A stretch of 31,288 bases of DNA from a virus (taxonomy: Duplodnaviria; Caudoviricetes), in the IMG/VR virus record IMGVR_UViG_3300017658_000231, positions 1 through 31,288 of that record. The stretch is one strand, 5' to 3'. Under the pieces are notes generated by a model. It made no database searches and was not told where the DNA came from. It was given only the letters and a program-made list of their open reading frames with translations. Numbering within the stretch: the first letter of the stretch is position 1; each line of letters starts with the position of its first letter. Of the stretch, positions 1 through 7,270 are shown piece after piece. Position numbers and translations under genes: made by a program.

Positions 1-1674
1 ATGGCTGTCTACAACAAACAGATCAAGAGAAGCAAAGACGGTCGGATCGTTCGCTATGTCGGCAAGAACGCCAAAGGAGCCGCTGAGAAGTTTCATCTGG
101 GCTTCGATATGCCCGAGGCAGAGAAGCGTCTCAAACTCATCACTGCTCTCTGGGAAGCGAACTCACAACGTTCCATTCATCCCGATTGCCACCCCTCTTT
201 CTATGTGGATGAATTCGTCTGGGGAGACGACTATCTGAGGGCAGCGAAAGCGATTGCCAAAGGGGAAACTCCAAAACTCCCTCCTTCCATCCGTGCCAGC
301 CTCGATCCCGAAAACTACCTCCACGCCTTGCGTGAAATCTCGGATGCCACGAACACGAAATGGGAAGCCACGGACGAGGCATTGAAGAATGAAGGAATCG
401 AACTGGCAAAAACATCAGTGAGCGATTCCCGTAAAAACCTCAGTGGTCGCAATGATCGTGAAGCGATTGGAGTCTCACTGGATGAAGCGTTTGCATTGTT
501 TGAGGACTATCTCAGGAAAGAATATCACCAACCCGATGACTCCCTTTCAACCACGGGCAAAAAACTCGTAGACCAACTGAAAGGAATTCGTCGCTACGCC
601 GCAGAGTCATTCACAATCAAAGGCGGGAAGAAAGTCAAGCAAGAACTCCTGACGCTCGACCTTGCTTGGTTTGATCTCACTGGATGCCAGTTGGTCTATG
701 ACTGCATCCGTAAACGTCCTTTGTCGTTTCGCAGCGACAAGACTGAGCGGGTCAAATTCTCATCCGCACAGAACATGTGCAAGATGATTACACGATTCTT
801 CGACTGGCTCGATACCAGCGACATCGATTGGAACGAGCCTCCAAAATTCCGAAAGATCAAGAAGACGATTGATCCTCTGGACTCCAATGAGCAGTTCCAG
901 AAACAGCAGGCGAAGAAGATCAGCGTCATCCCCCATGACCACCTTGCCATCATTTCCAAGTATTGCCGACCGAGTGAGCGAGTCCTCTTGTTGCTTGGAC
1001 TCAACTGCGCCTTTGGCGAAGGGGAAGTCGGTCAGTTGAGAATCCCCTTCATCAATGGGAATGAAATTGATGGAATTCGCTTCAAGACGGGCAACCCGAC
1101 CCGCCACCATTTGTGGGATGAAACGGCGGAAGCACTTCAACAGACAATTCAAGCACGCCCCATGATCGATAATGACAAGCAAGTCGTCTTCGTCGCTTCA
1201 ACAGGAAAACCGCTTTGGTACAGGACGAAAGGCGGCAATTACTGCAACGGAATCGCCAGTCGATGGAACATTGTCATGAAGCGAGTCAGGAAAGACCACC
1301 CTGACGTTCCAGCCTATTCGTTCAACAAGTTGAGAAAGACGGCAGCGACAAACATTCTCAATTTGTGTTCAGCAGAGTCCGCATCGATGCTGCTGGCACA
1401 CAAGACAATTTCTGATGATGAACTGTTGGAATGCTACGTTCAGATGCCGTGGAACAAGCTCTACGAAGCTCAACGGAAATGGGGTGAAAAGATTCTTCCA
1501 TACATCAAACCGAACCCACTCCACATCAACATCGGAGGCGGCGGTTTGAGCGTCAAGAAAGTGGCGAAGATCAAAGAACTCAGTGATGCAGGCATGAGCC
1601 GAGCAAAGATCGCAAAACAGCTTGGAGTTTCATGGATGACCGTGAACTCAACTGTGAAGCAATTCGATCTCTGA
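1..1674 (+). CDS. Tyrosine recombinase/integrase-like protein with C-terminal HTH
   Basis: Box I-like LLLLGLNCAFGEGEV, RFKTG, FNKLRKTAA, LLAH, CY; C-terminal IKELSDAGMSRAKIAKQLGVSWMTV resembles a resolvase-type HTH. Confidence 0.75.
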   Translation: MAVYNKQIKRSKDGRIVRYVGKNAKGAAEKFHLGFDMPEAEKRLKLITALWEANSQRSIHPDCHPSFYVDEFVWGDDYLRAAKAIAKGETPKLPPSIRASLDPENYLHALREISDATNTKWEATDEALKNEGIELAKTSVSDSRKNLSGRNDREAIGVSLDEAFALFEDYLRKEYHQPDDSLSTTGKKLVDQLKGIRRYAAESFTIKGGKKVKQELLTLDLAWFDLTGCQLVYDCIRKRPLSFRSDKTERVKFSSAQNMCKMITRFFDWLDTSDIDWNEPPKFRKIKKTIDPLDSNEQFQKQQAKKISVIPHDHLAIISKYCRPSERVLLLLGLNCAFGEGEVGQLRIPFINGNEIDGIRFKTGNPTRHHLWDETAEALQQTIQARPMIDNDKQVVFVASTGKPLWYRTKGGNYCNGIASRWNIVMKRVRKDHPDVPAYSFNKLRKTAATNILNLCSAESASMLLAHKTISDDELLECYVQMPWNKLYEAQRKWGEKILPYIKPNPLHINIGGGGLSVKKVAKIKELSDAGMSRAKIAKQLGVSWMTVNSTVKQFDL

Positions 1675-1698
1675 TACTCAGAGACGTATCATCCATTC

Positions 1699-1728
1699 AA
1701 ACCCCGCTCCCTAATAGCGGGGTTTCTT
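1699..1728 (+). terminator. Intrinsic terminator after integrase
   Basis: AAACCCCGCT-loop-AGCGGGGTTT followed by CTT. Confidence 0.7.
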
Positions 1729-1863
1729 CATGCGCCCATTAAATTTCATCAAATTTCTGCCACTTCTCAATTTTGATATTGGCAACGTGAGTTTCGTGCC
1801 GGATACTCAACATGGAGTGTTTTTCGATTCTTGGAACCACAATTGCTTGTACGGAGATGAGAA

Positions 1864-2439
1864 ATGAGTGCGGGAAATAACACTGGCCCTGCATTAGTGG
1901 GACTTACTTTAGCAGTTGGCGGATTATCACTCTTTCCGATTGGTGGTTTTTCCCTGCTCGCTATAAACATCAACAATCCACCAACATCTATGGAATCACC
2001 AGCCAAGGCAGCGGCAATTCAAGAGCCGTATTCATCTCTTAAGGCCGTTCCGCCGTCCACAGCACCCCCTCCCAAAGCCGAATTGCCGAACCGAGTAAAA
2101 GCTGCACCTGCTCCTTTCAGAGAAGCACCGACTCCAGCCCCTCTGGCAGTAATCCCTGCTCCAAGACCTGCGCCTGCTCCGAAAGTCGAGGCACCCGCTC
2201 CTGTTCACTCATTTCCTAGTGAAACAAATCTTCCATATCGGGCCATTGTTGCTCACGATTCAGAACCGCTGCCATATTACAGTCTTGGTCGTTTTATGTT
2301 CAAAAGTCACGGCCATGGAGTTGAGGAGGTTGATGTAGGCGATGGCACGTTCGAATATCGTTGTCCAGACTGTCACCAACTTCTTCGAAAGACTCGAACC
2401 CGACTTATTATGCAACAACCTACAGTCGCCATCCGATAA
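1864..2439 (+). CDS. Hypothetical membrane-anchored Pro/Ala-rich protein with C-terminal CxxC
   Basis: Hydrophobic N-terminus, PAP-rich linker, HGH...CPDC; GGAG upstream; followed by a terminator. Confidence 0.6.
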   Translation: MSAGNNTGPALVGLTLAVGGLSLFPIGGFSLLAININNPPTSMESPAKAAAIQEPYSSLKAVPPSTAPPPKAELPNRVKAAPAPFREAPTPAPLAVIPAPRPAPAPKVEAPAPVHSFPSETNLPYRAIVAHDSEPLPYYSLGRFMFKSHGHGVEEVDVGDGTFEYRCPDCHQLLRKTRTRLIMQQPTVAIR

Positions 2440-2446
2440 AAGCTTC

Positions 2447-2463
2447 AATACAATTTTTGTATT
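2447..2463. promoter_or_regulatory. 17-bp palindrome copy (AATACAATTTTTGTATT)
   Basis: Perfect 7-bp inverted repeat with 3-nt spacer; member of a dispersed family. Confidence 0.7.
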
Positions 2464-2468
2464 CCACC

Positions 2469-2500
2469 AATCCGCAAGCAATCCTTGCGGATTTTTTGTT
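2469..2500 (+). terminator. Intrinsic terminator
   Basis: AATCCGCAAG-CAATC-CTTGCGGATT followed by TTTTGTT. Confidence 0.75.
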
Positions 2501-2509
2501 GCTCTGCGG

Positions 2510-2517
2510 CATAACTA
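2510..2517 (+). promoter_or_regulatory. Putative late-promoter box CATAACTA
   Basis: Downstream of a terminator, 8 nt before the HNH ATG, no SD. Confidence 0.5.
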
Positions 2518-2525
2518 CTAACGAT

Positions 2526-2819
2526 ATGGCAGATCGCATCAAGACTTTCAATCCGTTTCCCAAAGCTCAACCGAGCATCCAGCGACGGGAATCCACGAAC
2601 TGGTATCACCGATCTCGCTGGTTGAAACTCCGGCAAACCAAACTGCGGCTCAACCCAGTTTGCGAAAATCCTGAGTGCCAAGCTTGGGAAGACCTGCATG
2701 TTCATCATGTGCTTCCACGAAAGACTCATCCCGAACTTTCATACCAATTGGAGAATCTCAGAACCCTTTGCCGGTCATGTCACAGCAAGGAGGAGGCACG
2801 ATGCAACGAATCAGCATAG
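2526..2819 (+). CDS. HNH endonuclease (packaging-associated, HK97 gp74-like)
   Basis: WY...RWLKLR, CENPEC, VHHVLP, ENLRTLCRSCHSK; start reassigned to ATG 2526. Confidence 0.9.
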   Translation: MADRIKTFNPFPKAQPSIQRRESTNWYHRSRWLKLRQTKLRLNPVCENPECQAWEDLHVHHVLPRKTHPELSYQLENLRTLCRSCHSKEEARCNESA

Positions 2820-2980
2820 GGAAAGCGGCGAAGCTCTTGTCGGTTCATCCTGACACGCTCAGGAAGTGGGAGCAGCAGGGTTTCCTGCGATCTGTCCGCA
2901 CACTAGGGGGACATCGGCGATACTTACTCACCGATATCGAGACATTGCTCACCAGCGATGAGGAGGAGGCACGATGCAAC
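2788..2980 (+). repeat. 20-bp direct repeat AGGAGGAGGCACGATGCAAC (2788-2807 and 2961-2980)
   Basis: Exact match read directly; each copy holds an SD and an ATG. Confidence 0.9.
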
Positions 2981-2998
2981 CAACAGAAATCAAACTGA
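2801..2998 (+). CDS. MerR-type HTH protein (excisionase/RDF-like)
   Basis: ISIGKAAKLLSVHPDTLRKWEQQG..RTLGGHRRY; strong SD AGGAGG. Confidence 0.85.
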   Translation: MQRISIGKAAKLLSVHPDTLRKWEQQGFLRSVRTLGGHRRYLLTDIETLLTSDEEEARCNQQKSN

Positions 2999-3204
2999 AC
3001 GTCGAGATCGACTTGTCTCAGAAGCAACTCAATCTTGTCCAATACGCAATCAACAAGCACGCATGGTTTCACGCAACAAGACTCATGCAACAAATCCCCA
3101 TGACGATCAGATTATCAGACAAGGAAGCACTAACGATATTTCCATTCAAGGACATCAACACAAAACAATTCTGGAAGCTATTGGGAGTCAAGGAATGCAA
3201 GTAG
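2974..3204 (+). CDS. Hypothetical protein
   Basis: SD AGGAGG, overlaps neighbours in operon fashion. Confidence 0.6.
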   Translation: MQPTEIKLNVEIDLSQKQLNLVQYAINKHAWFHATRLMQQIPMTIRLSDKEALTIFPFKDINTKQFWKLLGVKECK

Positions 3205-3422
3205 GAGATCAAGCGAGATTGAAGTCGGGCGGTCCAGTGATGACCGTCTACGAGATCAAAGAAGACAGGATCAACTGTCAATGGTTCGATGGGGCCAAGC
3301 TCAAACAATCTGACTTCACCAGATTGATGCTTGTGCCCCATCCCCAACCAGACGACCGCATTGACCAACTGGACAGAGAGACAGATGAACTGCTCATGCA
3401 GTTGAAGGAGATTGACTTATGA
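3195..3422 (+). CDS. DUF2158/YodC-family small protein
   Basis: VGDQARLKSGGPVMTV...CQWFDG; start ATG 3195. Confidence 0.8.
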   Translation: MQVGDQARLKSGGPVMTVYEIKEDRINCQWFDGAKLKQSDFTRLMLVPHPQPDDRIDQLDRETDELLMQLKEIDL

Positions 3423-3604
3423 ATCCAGACATGAGTTTTGCAGAGTATGCAGCGATGGAACGAATGTTTGCTGATGACCACTTCAATTGGTTGAGACAAC
3501 GGGAGTTCATGCTTGAACAACAACGGGAGTTCATGCGGATTCTCTCGGAAGATTGTCAGTACAACAATGAAAAACAACACGACTGGAAGCATGAAGGCTT
3601 CTAA
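3419..3604 (+). CDS. Hypothetical protein
   Basis: AAGGAG SD, ATGA overlap with upstream gene, internal QREFM duplication. Confidence 0.55.
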   Translation: MNPDMSFAEYAAMERMFADDHFNWLRQREFMLEQQREFMRILSEDCQYNNEKQHDWKHEGF

Positions 3605-3616
3605 ACAAGGAGATCA

Positions 3617-3796
3617 ATGGAACAACCAAATGAAACAATGACCATCACAAGCATCAGTATCGACAACGAACTACTGGAAACAATCAAGTGGGAAGCGAAG
3701 TGGCGAGGTATCTCACGATCTGAGTTCGTCCGTGATGCCGTCCACGTCTACTTGAAAGCATTGAAGAAGCAAGGGAAAGCTGCACCGGAGAAATAG
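3617..3796 (+). CDS. Ribbon-helix-helix (CopG-like) protein, 59 aa, absent from the ORF track
   Basis: Hand translation MEQPNETMTITSISIDNELLETIKWEAKWRGISRSEFVRDAVHVYLKALKKQGKAAPEK; AAGGAG SD. Confidence 0.8.
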   Translation: MEQPNETMTITSISIDNELLETIKWEAKWRGISRSEFVRDAVHVYLKALKKQGKAAPEK

Positions 3797-3805
3797 ACCG
3801 ATCCC

Positions 3806-3822
3806 GATACAATTTTTGTATT
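3806..3822. promoter_or_regulatory. 17-bp palindrome copy (GATACAATTTTTGTATT)
   Basis: Immediately after the RHH stop codon. Confidence 0.7.
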
Positions 3823-3966
3823 GGCGATGGTCTCCCCAGACGAGCCACGATTGATCCGAGACGGGATCAGTGCCAACCATCGTTCAAGACAATGGAACAC
3901 AACCATGGAGACCGTGGGAGACGTGGGGGCGAGATGGCTGGTCGATGGGCGACCAGCGGGACGCAT

Positions 3967-4036
3967 GGGGGGAGGCGGGTCAAAATCTCACGGAAGGTGG
4001 AAGGACCGGCATCGCCCATGAACGTCAAAAATTCGC
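3967..4036 (+). other. Possible cos/packaging region
   Basis: G-run-GCGGGTCAAAATCTC...GACCGGCATCGCCC...AAAAATTCGC between HNH and terS, resembling cos contexts of HNH-terminase phages; pattern recognition only. Confidence 0.4.
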
Positions 4037-4062
4037 CTGCATTATTGGGCTGAGGGGGACCG

Positions 4063-4836
4063 TTAAGCAGCAAGCAGAGCAGCGACCTGTTCGAGTGTTA
4101 TGCAAATTTCGCCTCCGCCAAGTGCTGGGGGCAAGTTGGAGCATAGCTTTGTGTTCTTGATCGAAGTGAGATCGGACGGATTGAACTCCCCTGACACATT
4201 CGTATTTACGGAGTATAAAATGACTCCGTTCGTCTTGTGGCGGTGTCGAATTTTTACGTCAAATTTGATCTTGCCATCCTTGAACTCAAATTTTTCAATG
4301 GTTGCCTTACCTTCATTTCCTTGCGCAAGTTCACTAGACAGGAACTTCTCAAGAGTGCTTTTCATTGAGTCCATCTTAGTTTGTGATGGAGGTGTCGGAT
4401 TTGGGTTTGGGGTGGTATTAGAATTGGGACTTGGAGGAGGAGGAGCAATAATACTCCAAGTCAATTCATAAAAAGCATCGTCCCTGTCAAAGACACCGAC
4501 GCCATTCGTTGAGTTACTGTTGATGTCAATTTGCCCTAAAAAATCGTGAGCATCCCCAATTGATGGGATGTCATCATCGTAGAGCTTTGCTGTCGCCGAA
4601 TTGTTGAAAGAAAACTTGAAGCTGACGGTCGCTTCATCTCCGTCATTCAGATCGTCGTAGAAGACTTTTACCAGCTTGTCATCTGCGTAAATCATCAATC
4701 TGCATTCATCCGCTCCGGTATAATCCTCAGTTGTTCGGCACTTCAGCTTCTTAATCAGTATATCCGTGGCAGGACTGGATTTCGGCACAACGATCAGTGC
4801 AACAAGAAATACCCATCTCGAAACGTTCGTAATCAT
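4063..4836 (-). CDS. Secreted two-domain moron protein
   Basis: Signal-peptide-like N-terminus, acidic KLYDDD..DAHDFLG (C2-like) domain, Pro-rich linker; opposite strand to late genes. Confidence 0.75.
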   Translation of the reverse strand: MITNVSRWVFLVALIVVPKSSPATDILIKKLKCRTTEDYTGADECRLMIYADDKLVKVFYDDLNDGDEATVSFKFSFNNSATAKLYDDDIPSIGDAHDFLGQIDINSNSTNGVGVFDRDDAFYELTWSIIAPPPPSPNSNTTPNPNPTPPSQTKMDSMKSTLEKFLSSELAQGNEGKATIEKFEFKDGKIKFDVKIRHRHKTNGVILYSVNTNVSGEFNPSDLTSIKNTKLCSNLPPALGGGEICITLEQVAALLAA

Positions 4837-4906
4837 GATTTGGCCCTTTTGAGTTATGACTTAGAAATGTCATTTAGAGAAACCGAAGAGAACGCATCGG
4901 CAGCAG

Positions 4907-4914
4907 CCTATATA
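4907..4914 (+). promoter_or_regulatory. Putative late-promoter box CCTATATA
   Basis: 8 nt before the terS ATG, no SD. Confidence 0.4.
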
Positions 4915-4922
4915 CCACTTGA

Positions 4923-5402
4923 ATGCCCAAAGGTAAACCCCCACGACCGACCAAACTCCAAGTTGCACTCAAAGGCGATCCATCAAATCGTCGAGGCAAT
5001 ACAACTGAACCCGAAGCCCCAAGAGGCTGGCCCGAGTGTCCTGAACATGTTGCCGATGACTTCATCGCTCATGAAGAATGGAGATCAGTCTGTAAGCAAC
5101 TCGACTCGATGGACCTGCTATCCACAACCGACGCCCGTTCCCTTGAACTCTATTGTCTGACGTATTCTCGTTTTCGTGCGGCTCAGGAACAAGTCAAGAA
5201 GCACGGTGATGTTCTGTTTCTTGGCAAGAACAAATACCCACAGGTCTCACCGTTCTATACCTGCATGAACAAATACCATGAGGACTGTCGGAAGTGGTTG
5301 ATCGAATTTGGTCTGACACCTGCCGCTCGTGCCCGCTTGCGAGTGAAGGTTGAAGAAAAATCGAACAACAAATGGAGCGGGATTTTGCCGGTTGCGGGAT
5401 AA
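4923..5402 (+). CDS. terS: Terminase small subunit, P27 family
   Basis: GKPPRPTKLQVALKGDP..R, LELYC..Y, EFGLTPAARARL. Confidence 0.92.
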   Translation: MPKGKPPRPTKLQVALKGDPSNRRGNTTEPEAPRGWPECPEHVADDFIAHEEWRSVCKQLDSMDLLSTTDARSLELYCLTYSRFRAAQEQVKKHGDVLFLGKNKYPQVSPFYTCMNKYHEDCRKWLIEFGLTPAARARLRVKVEEKSNNKWSGILPVAG

Positions 5403-5407
5403 AGCTT

Positions 5408-5548
5408 TTAGAAGAAATAATTCCAGATGTCGCAAATTTTCTTAATTGTAGACAGTATGAGGTTCAAGAATCGAACCCCATAAAACCACTTCTGCATTGG
5501 CTTCTTCGTAGTTTTCGTAGTCGATTTTTTCTTGGCTTTTGTGGTCAT
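5408..5548 (-). CDS. Small basic/amphipathic peptide (46 aa), absent from the ORF track
   Basis: Hand translation MTTKAKKKSTTKTTKKPMQKWFYGVRFLNLILSTIKKICDIWNYFF; own promoter upstream; stop lies 5 nt from the terS stop. Confidence 0.65.
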   Translation of the reverse strand: MTTKAKKKSTTKTTKKPMQKWFYGVRFLNLILSTIKKICDIWNYFF

Positions 5549-5560
5549 TTTCCCATCCGT

Positions 5561-5615
5561 GAAAAACAAAAAAACCCCGTTAGGAGTTTCCTTTGAGTGA
5601 AACTCCTAACGGGGT
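5561..5615 (-). terminator. Leader terminator/attenuator hairpin
   Basis: Perfect 17-bp stem (5574-5590 with 5599-5615), followed on the minus strand by TTTTTTGTTTTTC. Confidence 0.75.
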
Positions 5616-5640
5616 CGGTTGTTCCGTTTCCGTGCAGGTG

Positions 5641-5669
5641 ATCGTAGGCAACCTAAACCATATCGTCAA
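5641..5669 (-). promoter_or_regulatory. Sigma70-type promoter TTGACG-17-TACGAT
   Basis: Near-consensus hexamers with exact 17-nt spacer. Confidence 0.7.
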
Positions 5670-5687
5670 GAAAAAATCGGAAGTTTC

Positions 5688-5695
5688 CATAACTA
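5688..5695 (+). promoter_or_regulatory. Putative late-promoter box CATAACTA
   Basis: 4 nt before GTG 5700 of terL. Confidence 0.55.
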
Positions 5696-5699
5696 CCAT

Positions 5700-7256
5700 G
5701 TGGAACTTTCAGACAAATCAATCCAGTTCATCGAGAACCTGACTCTCATTGGCGACCATGCCGGTAAGCCTTTTGTGCTTCGACCATTTCAGAAGCAGAT
5801 TCTCAACGCTCTGTTTCGTACACGAGACGGCGAGCGGATCGTCTCGAAGATGTTCCTGCTGTTGCCACGCAAGAACGGAAAATCTCAAATCGCAGCGGCA
5901 ATCTGCCTCTTCTCATTGCTCTGCCTCGGTCAGAGCCAACAGATTCTCAGTGCGGCAGCGACACAGGAACAGGCATCCCGAATCTTCGATGCCATGTGTG
6001 AGATGATCCGTGCTGATGCAACCCTCAGCAAACTCTGCGAGATCATCCCAAGTAAACATCGGATCGTCTGCGAAGCCACCAACAGCTTCTACTGTGCAGT
6101 CACTTCTGGCGGCGATGCCCTCTTGGGTTATTCGCCTACTCTGGTTGTTCTGGACGAATTGGAAGCGTTCACTCAGCCAAAACATCGACGACTCCATGCC
6201 GCTCTGACAACAGGGTTCGGAGCCAGAGCAAACCCTCTAACAATTCTGATCTCCACTCAAACGAGCGATAAGAATTCGTTGGCAAATGAGGAGTTCGAAT
6301 TTTCAAGAAATTTGAAGGGAAGAATCGAAAATTCGAAGGTGAAGAGATCAGGTCAGTATCAGAACGAGAAGTATCTGGCTTGTCTTTATTTTGCCGATGA
6401 GAAAGCAGACTGGACGGATCGAAAAGTCTGGAAGGCGGTCAATCCTGCATTGGGGGACTATCTGAATGAAGACTTCCTTGAGGAAGAGTTCAAGATCGCC
6501 CAGAAAATTCCATCACGCCAGAATCATTTCAAGCAATTCTATCTCAATGTTCCCATCGATTCGCTTGGGAAATGGATGGACATGAGTTTGTGGAACTCAT
6601 GCAAAGGGACATCACCTGATCTCACCCCGTACAAGTGTTGGGGCGGTCTTGATCTTGCTCCGGTCAATGATCTCTCAGCGTTCGTGCTGTTGTTCGACGT
6701 GGAAGGAATCTATCACGTCAAGTCATGGTTCTGGTGTCCAGAAGCAGACATCATGGAGCGTAGCAAAATCTCGCAAGTTCCCTACGACTATTGGAAGGAT
6801 CAAGGGCATCTGCGAGTCTGCTCAGGTTCATCGACAGACTTCCGCCAAGTCAGAAAAGAGATCGCTGAGATTTGCGAGCAGTATCGTTTGCAAACTATCG
6901 CTGCGGATAGGTCATTTGCTTACGACGTGGCACAAGGTCTGATTGAAGACGGTTTCAATGTGGAGTGGTATCGGCCCGGATATGAAAGCATGTCCCGCCC
7001 AACCATGAGGTTGGAAAAACTGGTCAAGGATTCCGAGATCATTCACACGGGACAACCCGTGATGGACTACTGCATGTCCAATGTCGTTTGTGAAAGTGAC
7101 GCCGCTGGGAATGTCAGACCATCCAATAAACTCCGCAGAAAGCAGGACAAGATCGATGGGGCGATCAGCCTGATTTATGCTTTGGGAGTTGCGATGTGGG
7201 ATCAGCCAAAAGTGCAGCCAAGTGTTTACGAGACAAGAGGCATATTTTGCGTCTAG
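5700..7256 (+). CDS. terL: Terminase large subunit
   Basis: Walker A PRKNGKS, Walker B VVLDE, nuclease GGLDLA and KIDGA; start probably GTG 5700. Confidence 0.95.
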   Translation: MELSDKSIQFIENLTLIGDHAGKPFVLRPFQKQILNALFRTRDGERIVSKMFLLLPRKNGKSQIAAAICLFSLLCLGQSQQILSAAATQEQASRIFDAMCEMIRADATLSKLCEIIPSKHRIVCEATNSFYCAVTSGGDALLGYSPTLVVLDELEAFTQPKHRRLHAALTTGFGARANPLTILISTQTSDKNSLANEEFEFSRNLKGRIENSKVKRSGQYQNEKYLACLYFADEKADWTDRKVWKAVNPALGDYLNEDFLEEEFKIAQKIPSRQNHFKQFYLNVPIDSLGKWMDMSLWNSCKGTSPDLTPYKCWGGLDLAPVNDLSAFVLLFDVEGIYHVKSWFWCPEADIMERSKISQVPYDYWKDQGHLRVCSGSSTDFRQVRKEIAEICEQYRLQTIAADRSFAYDVAQGLIEDGFNVEWYRPGYESMSRPTMRLEKLVKDSEIIHTGQPVMDYCMSNVVCESDAAGNVRPSNKLRRKQDKIDGAISLIYALGVAMWDQPKVQPSVYETRGIFCV

Positions 7257-7258
7257 GA

Positions 7259-7266
7259 CATACATA
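7259..7266 (+). promoter_or_regulatory. Putative late-promoter box CATACATA
   Basis: 4 nt before the portal ATG. Confidence 0.55.
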
Positions 7267-7270
7267 ACGT

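Noticed and set aside
2801-2998. IS607 transposase remnant
   Set aside because: Only the MerR-type HTH is present; no serine recombinase domain or tnpB follows
3496-3536. 17-bp direct repeat ACAACGGGAGTTCATGC
   Set aside because: In-frame 24-bp-period duplication (QREFM) in a small ORF; no further copies seen
5619-5699. N-terminal extension of terL in the ORF track (likewise the 2361, 2675, 2958, 9608, 25025, 27524 and 30818 starts)
   Set aside because: The extensions run through terminators, promoters or other genes; downstream starts have an SD, a late box or a family-typical N-terminus
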